Source: Takakia lepidozioides (lineage: Eukaryota; Plantae; Bryophyta). Taken from it: DNA of 64,000 nucleotides. The position numbers and the translations under genes were made by a program. Position 1 is the first letter of the stretch. Every line of letters begins with the position of its first letter. The notes under the pieces were generated by a model that was not told the origin of the DNA, did no database searches, and saw nothing but the letters and a program-made list of their open reading frames with translations. Of this stretch, positions 46,040-57,707 are shown piece after piece. Location of the stretch: assembly GCA_030704615.1 (NCBI GenBank), contig CM060733.1, positions 43,648,001 through 43,712,000 on the forward strand, read 5' to 3'.

Positions 46040-48385
46040 GATCTCACATAGAACATAAACTTCTTGCCCAACAGGTAATGCCTGAATTTCTTCACTGCAT
46101 AGATCATTGCCAGTGCTTCTCTTTCAGTTGTGCTATAGTTCCTTTCAGCACTGTTCATCAACCTGCTAGCATAGTACACAGGTGAATCTATATTTCCTGT
46201 ATCATTCTGGGCTAACACACGCTCCCACGCTTCTCCTGATGCATCACAGTGAACATGAAATACTAATGCCAGTGAGGGTTAATCAGTACAGGTGTAGTTG
46301 TTACTGACAGTGTAAGTTCCTCAAAAGCCCTGTTGACATTCAGCTGTCCATGCAAACACTGCATCTTTCTTCAGAAGCTTGCTCAATGGTGCTGCTATTT
46401 GTGCATACCTTTTGACAAATCTTCTGTAATAACTGGTTTGCCCAAGGAATCTCCTTAGACTCTTAATATTCACTGGTGGTGGAGAGGCTTTAATGGCCTC
46501 TGTCTTCCTGGGATCCACAAGAAGTCCCCTCTTACACACAATGTGTCCCAGAAGCACCCCTGAGTTCACACAAAAAGTACACTTCTCTGGATTCAGGCCC
46601 AGACCTCTCATCCTGCATCTGGCCAGACATAACTCCAATTTATTATGGATGGAAATTCGGCGCCGAATTTCCATCCGGCAGGTAGGGCGGCGCGCAAAAT
46701 TTTTCCAAGTCAAAACAGTGTGCAAAGGTCTTGCTTTCAATCACTGGGTATGTCCAAAAGTACTTCACCATCCTTGGTTCCTCTTTAGTTCCCACATTCA
46801 CTTCCCTCACCTGCTCATCAGCTGTGATTGTCCGACCAGTCACCACTTCATCCTTAAACTCACAGTGGCTGGTTCCTCTAGGATTTCCATTTCTCCTTCT
46901 CTTTCTTCATAGAAATATGATGGGTAACTGCTGGTTTCCTCTTCAGTTGGTGTTGCTGACACTACACCACAGCAGATACCTCTTAAACAACTTAGGCTTT
47001 CCAGCCGCATCTCCGCAACCTCTTCCCACTCTGGGTGTGCTGCAAACAAGGTAGCTTCCTGCTCCTCATCCAGTCCTCCTCTCCAGTCATACTCTCTGAC
47101 CCCTCGAGGTCTTCTCGTAGCAGGTAATCTACTAGATTTCTTTGTGGTAATTTGCATCTCGTGTATCCCATTATGCACGGTTAATAACTGAGAATTCCAG
47201 TCATGGAATACCCTGGCCTGTTTCAGCCACGGGCGTCCCAATAATAAGGAGTAAGCCTCCATGACTTCATCCATCTTCAACACAGTTACTGTGATCATAA
47301 AGATCATCTTCTGTATCTGTATCTTAACTCCTCTTATTAATCCCAATGGCTGTACACTTCTTTGATCTGCCATTGTTACTGTAAATGGGGCTGGTTTCAT
47401 GTTACTTAGACCAAGCTTCTTCCTTAATTGGTCTGTCATGATATTCACTCCAGAACCTCCATCTATCAGTACATCAGTTAGTTCTGTGCTTCCAATTCTC
47501 AATTGGATTACTGGCATAGAATCATCAAAGTCCATGACTGTTTCTCGCCCTTCCGGCTTCGGCTTCACATTATAACTGGTCACCTTGCTATTCAGGTCTG
47601 TGTTTCCTGTCTCCTGGGCAATTCGATTGATTGCTTGATACAGCCTGTGCCTACAATAAGGTGCCACAGCCAATAGCTGTCCAATGGTAATCTCTGCTTT
47701 GGTCTGGCATATTACTTCAGCCAAAGTCTCTTCATTACTTTGCATGTCTGCATCTTCTTTCTTCCTTTCATCCTCACTCACTTCTTCTTCTCCATCAGAA
47801 TCAGAGGAATCTGCCACAGGAATATCAGTACTCTCTGCATTTCCCTTATGGTATCTGCCACTTCCTTGTGCAGTTCCCTTTCATCTTTCCAAGTCTCTTC
47901 ATCTTCAGGCATATCACTGCCACCTTCATTATCATCATCTTCCTCAACTACTGGAGGTATTAATTTGGCTTGCTTCTGGTTACTATCATTGTACTTACTT
48001 CTGGTACAACACATGGCCTGAGCTGCCACCACTGGGCCCTCATTCACAGGAGCTCTCATCTCATTCTGGTGTCTTATCCAGAATGAATAGGCTGCCTTGC
48101 GATGTCCTGGCTGATTACAATAGTAACATAGTTCTTCACCATTGGGTCCCCGCCCTTGGTCTGCTCTTGGATTATTTCTGTAATCCTGATTCCCGGGTTG
48201 GTAGTTCCCCCTTGGATTACCCTGATAGTTGCCTCTGGAATTTCCTTGGTAATTCCCTCTTGAATTACCTCTCCCTTCCATGCCATTGTTATAACCACCA
48301 GACCTACCATAGTGGTCCTGATCATTGTTTCTTCTTGGCTGGGGCTGCACCTGATGCACCCTTACTTGCCTAGGTTTTCTTGCAA
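46040..48385 (-). pseudogene. Deleted Gypsy gag-pol fragment (CCHC knuckle, protease, part of RT, RNase H)
   Basis: Motifs: CYYCNQPGH; VLIDGGSGVNIM..LLGRPWL; LNPEKC.F...LGH; FLGQTSYYRRF; YYASR..AERNYSTTEREALA. Confidence 0.85.
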
Positions 48386-48386
48386 T

Positions 48387-50581
48387 CCCTCCAAGACACC
48401 ACAAAGAGGCAATAACACACCGGTTAGACCATCGCGGGCAAGAGCAGCCCCTGCAATTACCCATACGGTGGAGAGTGGAGAGAGGGAAAGAAACACCAGA
48501 AAGAGCACGGATTGTGCAAGTTCGAGGTGAAGCCAGGGAGAGGCAGTAGAGACGGGAGAGTGCTGGAGGTGGTTTTGCAGGTGGCTGACCCTGTTGAGGA
48601 GGACGACAGGGAGCTTTCTGACCAGGATGACATCCTCCCGGACATCCCAGGCCCAAACCCGGAGCATACACAGGCTGGATTTGGCGGTCCTGGTGGGCTG
48701 CCGGAAAACCCCTCTGCAGCAGACGTCATGTCTGAGGCGGATATGAAGTTGGCCGCTGCCAAGATGTTGGAGGCAACCCACAGCAACATTGGCAGGGTAC
48801 TGGGGGGCATGGTGTACCTGGCCAAGCTTCGAATTCCCCTTTGCCGCTTGGTGTCATTACAGGTGGTGAGACCTGCCCTCCCAGCGATATCGACAAGTTG
48901 AAATTCTCTTTCCGGGATGGATATCGAATGGGGTCTGCCGCGTTTTACGTTTCCATTGAGAACGACCACGGAGCTTCCCGTGCCCACACTTCTGATGAGG
49001 TGGACAAATGGGGTCCCCCTTGGCAAACGCGAAATGAGGAGTTCGAGAGATCGATTGCTAGTGATCCTCTTTTCCAGCACTTGTCCGGTAAGATGTTTCT
49101 ACGTGTGGGACGGCAATCATCGCCTCCTGGCATGGATGGAGCACATTGCCCAAGCCCACCCCAACGACCTCCATTGGCATTTCGCTGTGGATTGTGTTGT
49201 GCTGAAGGTTGCGGGCCCAAAGATCACAGTCTTCTCAAAGCTGCAATGCGGACATCAACTCGTAAGTTACAACGCCTCTCGCTTTTGGACTTTGAATTTG
49301 GAAGTCATTTCATTGCGAATCCTCATATATGATGAAAATTCCCATTTCAGTATTGTTTGATGGAAATGTGGCACTGCAGGGTGACTGAGAATGCCTTCAT
49401 TGCCACCAACTTGTCCCATATGCTCTTCCGAGTGAAGGATGTCGGGAAGCAGGGCAAGAGTTTGCCAATTCCCTCAGTGTCGACCTCCTACGCAAGTCGG
49501 AGGCAAAGGCAGACAGAACTTGGTATAGGCTGAGCGTCGACGCCATGGTGGACTACATATTTCGGGTAAAGCTCCTGACAGTTTTGTTGAGCTAATCTGT
49601 CTCTCCTCCCCCAATAGAAGAAAAGGTCTTCACCGTGATTTCTAATCTCCTCCCCCAATAGAAGAAATTGTGTTTGAGCAGGATCTATAATCTTATGTGC
49701 GCATTCTTGACAGACGAAAATACAACAGGATTTGGCACATGCGCGGAGGTTCTACATGGAGTCAGAGGAGAAGAATCCAACCCTCCCGGCACTCGAATCG
49801 TATGTCAAAGCTGCGGAGGTGAGGGCCCGCATAAAGTACAAATCGCGGATGATAAAGTACGTGGCCATAGCTGATCCCGCCCTTGGTGCCGACTTTCTGG
49901 TGGAGGTGGGGAAGCACTACTCTCGCGCTCTGAAGCCCACGATGACATTGGAGAAGCTCCATCGTCTAGCCACATCCTGTGTGGATGCAACAGAAAAGAT
50001 GATACATTCTTAACCAAATTGTGGTGGCAACAACTCCTTTTTGTGGTGTTTGGCACTTACGAATATGCTGGGTGTTGGACAGACCCGGTGGCTCCAAATC
50101 TGGATTGGTTCCCAAAGTACCAGGGACATGTGGAGCTTCCCCAAACCGGACAAACTCTCTGATCCCACATTCGACATGTGGATGAACCGCATGACATGGT
50201 GGTTTCAGGTACTTCCCCACGCTTCGTTTGGGGCTTCTACTCTAGTAGGGGGTGGATTCATTGTATTTTTTCAGGAAAGTGATCTGATGGAGAATCTCCA
50301 CAGGTGACGACGAATGCGCAAGAGCAGTTGGACACACAAGCACATCAGTTCAAGATGGAGATATCTCCTGCAGCAGAGAGCCTACGTGACTATGTGACGA
50401 GGTACTTCTGCTCTACAAAACCAACCTATTCCTTCGGGAGATAGCAGATGCTCGCCGGAGCCACGAGTTCACCGACCAGCCGAATGCGGACAAAGCAGCA
50501 ATGCGCCTTCTGTACAGGTACAAACGCGCTGCCTTTCTTTCAAGTCCTTGCATTTCAGGATGTAAGAGGCCTCATGTGGTG
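48387..50581 (+). pseudogene. Internal fragment of the family-A ParB-MTase gene (ParB-like and helical exons)
   Basis: Reverse-complement near-identity to 22001-24155. Contains YVWDGNHRLLAW and an intron at 49262-49379. Confidence 0.88.
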
Positions 50582-53270
50582 ATGACAGCTGTTAGGTTAA
50601 GCCATCACGTGCGATATAGGAGTGGGGCCCTTCTTGCCATTTCCACTGTCTGTCCATTGTTCTTGCAGCTCAGATAGTTTGTCGTAATAAGAAGTGTGAG
50701 TGCAGTGAGTGGAGAGAGAGAGTGTTTCTCCGAGAGGTGAGGAAAGTCATCAGGATGGTGAAGAAAGCTGTGCAGCAGTCTTTGCCGGGAGCAATTTCAA
50801 TGATGGCGGGGGAGTTGCGAGGGGAGATATTAATTTGATTATGGGCGGTCGTGAGCAGAGAGCACAGTGGAGACAGTCCGGGATGTTAGAGTTCTTGTTA
50901 TTGTCTGCGAAGAGTCTGCCAAAGGCCAGTATGGCCACGGTCATGCAATTCTATAATTCTTATGATCCTGTTACTAGGACTGGAACAGTCAATAACATTG
51001 AGATATTAGTGGATGTGCGTACTGTCACGGAAGTCTTGCTACTGCCTCGGGCCGGTTTTGATGTCGATGGTTTTAAGGACGAGTCTTTTGTTCCTGAGGA
51101 TTACTTCAAGGGGGGCTCCACCGCATGTAATCAGACGGGAGGCTGGGCTGTTGCCAAGGCGCTTAAGCCAGAGTTAATGGAATGGATGAAGTTCGCAGTT
51201 AGTCGATTGGCATTGAAGAAAGTGATGTAGCCCGGTCACAATCGAATGCGGCGGTATCAACATTTCAAGGTTTTCAACTCAATTGGGCAGAGTTTGTTTG
51301 CGGGCAAAAGGAAGAGTGGGAAGACAGACATACCGAACTGTGCAATCTATTTGTCTATGATTTTGCAGCATCGATTGAAGGTACCGGCCCCAGCCGATGT
51401 GATTGCTACCATGATTATCGATAAACCAGAGTCGAGCAAAGCGAATGAAAGGGCTTCAACACTGGCGGCAGTTAATACCAGTGTTGCAATGGTGGTGTCG
51501 GGAGGCAAAGATGCAAGCAGCCAATCGTCTTTTGCAACGAAGCTCCGTGATTTAGTTGAGGGATTGCAAGTCGTAGCAGCAGAAGCCCCTTGATCACGAG
51601 GACTTGCATAAGGAATTGGCCGATTTGAGGGTTACGAATATCGCTACCCTATGGCGCAATCAACAATTACAGCTTGCGTGGGATGATGCAATGGTCAGAA
51701 GCGATTGCGACCGAATACGTGACTAAGTGGGCTGAAGCAATGGCCACCCGCACCGATACAGCCAAGGTTGTGGCACAGTTTCTTTATGAGAATGTCATCA
51801 CTCGATTTGGTTGTCCTCGAGAGCTCGTGAGCGATCGTGGTACACATTTCTTGAATTCTACTATTGAGCAGATGAATTCTAAGTATGTAATTAAACATCG
51901 GAAAACTACACCTTATCACCCACGGGCTAATGGCCAGACTGAGAACACCAATGGGTTGCTATGTGGGATTTTAACGAAGACAATTTCTGGTACTGGACTG
52001 GCAGTGATTGGGACACGAAGCTATTCTCCGCATTATGGGCCTATCGGACTGCATTTAAAGTCACTACCGGATTTACTCCATTTCAGTTGGTTTATGGACA
52101 AGAGGCAATATTGCCTATCGAGCTTGAAATTCCTTCCCTCCGCATAGCTATTGAGGAACGGTTGGGCAATGTTCCGTCCCTATCGGCTCGTCTGTTGCAA
52201 TTAGTCAAGTTGGATGAACTTCGTCGACAGGCGTTACAGAACATTGAAGTCACACAATTGCGACGGAAGGACTATTATGATAGCCGTCTTGAACCCAAGA
52301 TATTTAAAGGCTCAAGATTTGGTACTTCTTTATGATAGTCGTTTTCAAAAATTTCTTGGTAAATTGAAGATGCGATGGCTCGGGCCATACCGGGTGGTGG
52401 AAGCTTTTCCAAATGGCTCGATACAATTGGCTACCATCAATGGCGACCCAGTGCCGACACGGATAAACGGCGATCGTCTTAAGTTATTTCTTACTTAATG
52501 ATTCCGTGGGCAGGTTAAGTGGGAGGGGGTGTCAATCAGCTATTAGTCAATTCAATTTTTATTTTTATTTTTAAAAAAAACTATATTATCTCGAATGAAT
52601 GAAGTAAATGCGAAGGGTACGGAGAGTCATTATGAGTGTACAAAGCGCCGCCGTTTGGGCCGATAGATTGGGTCGAGACGGTTAGTTCTTTATGGTTTGT
52701 AGGACGATCGTAGCCGTATATGACAGCTGTTAGGTTAAGCCATCACGTGCGATAAATAGGAGTGGGGCCCTTCTTGCCATTTCCACTGTCTGTCCATTGT
52801 TCTTGCAGCTCAGATAGTTTGTCGTAATAAGAAGTGTGAGTGCAGTGAGTGGAGAGAGAGTGTGTTTCTCCGAGAGGTGAGGAAAGTCATCAGGATGGTG
52901 AAGAAAGCTGTGCAGCAGTCTTTGCCGGGAGCAGTTTCAATGATGGCGGGGGAGTTGCGAGGGGGAGATATTAATTTGATTATGGGCGGTCGTGAGCAGA
53001 GAGCACAGGGAGACAGTCCGGGATGTTAGAGTTCTTGTTATTGTCTGCGAAGAGTCTGCCAAAGGCCAGTATGGCCACGGTCATGCAATTCTATAATTCT
53101 TATGATCCTGTTACTAGGACTGGAACAGTCAATAACATTGAGATATTGTCACGGAAGTCTTGCTACTGCCTCGGGCCGGTTTTGATGTCGATGGTTTTAA
53201 GGACGAGTCTTTTGTTCCTGAGGATTACTTCAAGGGGGGCTCCACCGCATATAATCAGACGGGAGGCTGG
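50582..53270 (+). mobile_element. Internally deleted Gypsy derivative: repeat region with an ORF, integrase fragment (51695-52498), PPT and LTR start at 52530
   Basis: Integrase motifs SDRGTHF, HPRANGQTE, WAYRTA, WLGPY. GGGAGGGGG-TGTCAA marks PPT and LTR start. 50582-51150 is repeated at 52720-53270. Confidence 0.75.
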
Positions 53271-54520
53271 GTTCGAATATTGGGAGAGCTCAACACGGAG
53301 AAATGGTCCATCACTGCATCAAGCGAATCTGCATCCAGCATTGGTTGTGTCGAATCCCCTTCACCTAGTATGTGTTTTTCCAGGAAAGCCTTGCTAGCTG
53401 CAAGCGCTATAGCAGAAGGTGTTGCACAAGGGGCATTGTGGAACTCCTGCTTCAGCAGATTTCTAGCGATGTCCACGCTATCCCTGCAACTTCCTTTGGA
53501 CACAAGATGCTCGTGTGCACCCATATGAATGCAGGCACGAGTCATTGTCTTGCATCGGTGTGCCACCTGGTACATATGAGCGTGGCACATAGAAACACAG
53601 GACGGGGAAAGTTTGCAGAACCTGCACACAAAAGTATTGGTCTTGGGAGGGGCAAGTCCTAGGGTGAAAGGATTCAGGGGCACACCTTCCCACTCACTTT
53701 CATTTGGTTGAGCGCTGTTTCTCATCGAGGGCAAAAATATTCAGGCACTTGCAATGCCCAACGCAAACCGACCTTCGAAATTTCAATCCAATGTCGTTGT
53801 GGATGTTCGACGTTTTTGTCCTGCACCAAGGGTGTCCGTCATGTTTTTTTGTCCATGCCCTGGAGAAGCCTAGCCAGTCCATTGGAAGACGTGGGAGGGT
53901 TGAGCTCAAACAAGATGTCCCCATCAAACTCTGCTGGCACGTATTGAACCCGCTGCACACGAAGGGACTCCCAATCAACAAAACGCATCTCGCTCTTGCA
54001 CCCAGGCACCCCTGCGAGGGCTTTCAATTTTGGAATGACACTCGTTATCTCTTGCAATTCGTCATCATCCAAGAATGGAGTCTGCACTGGCGGAGGAATC
54101 TCAGAAACATCCTCCGAGGACGAGTCTGAAAGAGTCACGAATGTAGTGGATGTGCTCACCTCTTGTTTCACATGAACTGTGTCATTTTGCTGCACGACCG
54201 ATGCTGCAATTCCAGGGGTAATGACTGATCCTGCTGATTGTCTTCTCTTTTTCCAAGGACACGGTATGTGCCTGGAAGGACTCTCCACTTCCTTCCACAC
54301 TCGCCAACCAATGGTTTCTCCAAGTGTCCAGAATCCAAATTCTCATCCTCGTCATACACCTCTTTTTGAACAAGCAGAGAACCCAATTCCAGTGGGAACA
54401 CTGTAACCAGCTCATCCTCAGGAACAACTGCAAACCCATCGTCGTCTGCAGTGACAGTCAGTGGAAGACTACCTGCATTGGAATGAAATCGGGCGAGTCT
54501 ATCTCGCTCCCTCGACATGT
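53271..54520 (-). pseudogene. N-terminal GCM-like part of a divergent MULE transposase (family D)
   Basis: Reads FDGDILFEL.P...GMDKKHDGHPWCRTKT...CVGHCKCLN...CRFCK..P.C.S.C...RACIHMGAHEH, homologous to families A and C. Confidence 0.8.
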
Positions 54521-55911
54521 TTTCCTACGCTGACCGAAAGTTGCGATTCACAACGGAATCCCGAACTGATAGCCCGTAATTCTCGAAAGGGGATCCACCA
54601 CAAACAAATTGAGGTCAACAAGGGTAGCACTAACCCAAAGGCTGCGGGCGATGCATCAAAAGGATGTAGGAATGACATGCACTGAACTTCGCAGACAACC
54701 ACGCTAAGAGACATCAACCAGAAAAACTGTTTTCAAAGACAAGAAGCCACAAGAAGCCGTGCTGTTTTTGGATGAAAAACAAACCCTGAACATGACATGA
54801 AACCATCCATTATGGAAAGACGGCAACAACCCTGGAGAGCAATAAACAGGAAGACCCCGAATGTAATGAGGTTGTGCTGTGCCAGAAAAAGCACAGCACA
54901 AACACTGACACTCCAAGAGTCACCTCGCACGGATGTGTGCAACACAAGATCATTTCCGACACAACCCTTTATACCGAATGACCCCATGGCGACGATGACG
55001 GCAAAATGCAAACCACAGGGTAGGCAGTACGACACACGTGGATGCATATGTGAAGCATAACATTTTTGGCGAATCTGCAAGAACTGCTCGAAATTGAACT
55101 AGCATTAGATTTCTACGACACTTCCGAATTTGAAAGAATGCAAGAAGGCCGCCATGTATTGGCAGGTGGCGAAGTACATTTGACATATATCACAAGTACA
55201 TGCAACGGATGTACATATTTTCTAGCACTTTATTTTCTTGGATAATACAAAGACGCCGAAATGGATGAATTCCGTTCGCACACAATAACAACACCCGCAT
55301 CCAAATACGGTTGACAATGTACAATTTTGATTTTGGTTACATGCCATAGCAACCCTTGTTGCAAACCTCAAACTGGAGAGCTCTAGAGGCATCGTGGGGA
55401 GCCCTTGTTTCCAGCGGAGGAGGAAGAGAAGGAAGTCATTATACTTCACGAGCTCTAGAAACAGGAATAGAGCCAGATATAGAATGAGGATGGAAAGAGT
55501 GGACGAAGAGGAAAAGGCGGAAGAAGAGGGCAAAGAGGAAAGTATGGCGATGGAAGAGCAGGAATCCGGAGAAGAACAGCAGCCTGCCATAGTTCCAAGA
55601 ACAGGTGAGGAGGACATTGCATCCGAGGGAGAGACAGACGCCGAAGATGATGTTGATGCTGGCTCACGAAGAACCTCATAGTGGAAGAGAGGATGGGGGA
55701 GATGCTCCAGAACATGCGATGCGTGGAGAGCAGTCCGAAGCGCAAAGGGTCCCGGCGAGTGGGGAGTCTTCTGGAGCAGCCCGAAAAAAGGTACAATCTT
55801 TGAAACCACCTTTGTGCTTCATTGCTGATGTGAACCCCAGTTGAGATTGTATTTTGATATGAACATAGTCTACACACGGCATCTCTGCCAGGTTGCATCA
55901 ACCGCGAACAA

Positions 55912-56849
55912 GAAGCTCAATTAGTGTGCGTTGACGCACACTGTTTGAGCCTTCCATTTTGCTTGCTTGTTGATGTGCGAAACGGCCAAATTGGGGAACT
56001 AGGGCAGGTTCAATCCACCACGAATTGGAAGCTCAAACAGTGTGCATTGACGCACACTGTTTGAGCCCCCCATTTTACTTGGTTGTTGGTGTGCAAAACG
56101 GCCAGATAGGGCCACTATGCCCGGTTCAATCCTCCACTATTTGGAAGCTCAAACAGTGTGCGTTGACACACACTGTTTGAGCCCCCTTATCATTGTTCTT
56201 CTCACAAAAAAATTACCCAGCCAGGGTATCTCTTTGAGGTTCAATCATCAATTTCCTGGTAGCTCCAGCAGTGTGCGTCAACGCACACTGTTTGAGCTCA
56301 CCTTGTCATTGTTTTTTTCGTTTCAAAATCGGCCACACAGGGCATGTCTCTAAGGATCAATGAACACTTACTTGGTAGCTCAAACAGTGTGCGTTGGCGC
56401 ACACTGTTTGAGCCCACCTTCTCATTGATTTTTCATCTGAAAAAACGGCCACAAACGGCATGTTTTGAGGATCAATCATCACTTATCTGGCAGCTCAAAC
56501 AGTGTGCATCAACGCACACTGTTTGAGCTCACCTTGTCATTGCCTTTGTCATCTGAAAATCGGCCACATAGGGTATGTATTTGAGGATCAATCATCACTT
56601 ACCTGGCAACTCAAACAGTGTGCGTCAAAGCACACTGTTTGAGCTCACCTTGTCATTGTTTTTTTCGTTTGAAAATCGGCCACATAGGGCATGTCTCTGA
56701 GGATCAATGAACACTTACCTGGTAGCTGGAATAGTGTGCGTTGGCGCACACTATTTGAGCCCACCTTCTCATTGTTTTTTTTCATCTGGAAATCGGCCAC
56801 AAAGGGCATGTATTTGATGATCAATGAACACTTACCTGGCAGCTCAAAC
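55912..56849. repeat. Family-D array: 115-116-bp units, each with the palindrome (G)CTCAAACAGTGTGCGT-YR-ACGCACACTGTTTGAG(C)
   Basis: Centres at 55930, 56046, 56162, 56277, 56393, 56508, 56624 and 56740. A ninth unit is cut at 56849. Confidence 0.92.
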
Positions 56850-57707
56850 GAGGTTTTACTATTTCATGAGCAGAAAGCCATGAGCCATGAGCCATGAGCC
56901 ATGAGCCGCATGAGCCGCATGAGCGGTGAGCCGAAGTCTAAGATACGCGGATTTCATGAGCGGACTCCTCCAAATTTGGAAATGCGGCAGATTAAACAAG
57001 TATTAAAATAATAGTTTTTTATTTGACCTTGCCGTTTTTGGACGTTCCAGATCATGTAATGCGGCGAAGATATGTCGTCAGTAACAAGTCCGCTCATGGT
57101 TTTTTAGATCCGCTCATGGAAATAAGTGACCGTGCAACGGGAAATCCAGTATACCACTGCAAAAGGACGTCGCATACTGGCCTGTATAGAGTATTTCCGC
57201 GGTTTTACATGCCTTAACATTGGAATGAAGCTGACCCTTTTGCCGCGATTGAACCAATGGAGTCTGCACCAATAGAGTCTGCAGTACTTCACAATTCTGT
57301 CTTCTTCGGGTATTCGGCGGAAAGGTTTGGAACTGAACTGGGAAATAGGTGCCGCATTAGGGTTTGCACGTGCGAAATTTCGGAGCGGTTTGGTGTTGGC
57401 GAAGGCCGCCTCTACCAGTACCTACGACGATACTTGGAAATGCGGCGCCGCATTTCCTTGTCGGAGGTCGAATGAGGAAAGCAAGTTTTCGGAAAGCAGA
57501 AAAACATGAACCCTCCAACATACAAAAATACATGCACGTGGAAACAAGTGAACGATATAGTAATATCTTAGTTCGAGCAAAACAGGTTACTGGTAGGCAA
57601 GACATATGTCGGACCTTTCTGTGGCCAGAGTCTGAGGTACTGGCAGCAGTACAGTTCTACTATCCGAAAAGGATGGGCGTACCATTGTATGGGACCGCAA
57701 GCCAAGC

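Noticed and set aside
55394-55681. Acidic/basic 95-aa ORF
   Set aside because: Low complexity with no recognisable domain. Not supportable as a gene.
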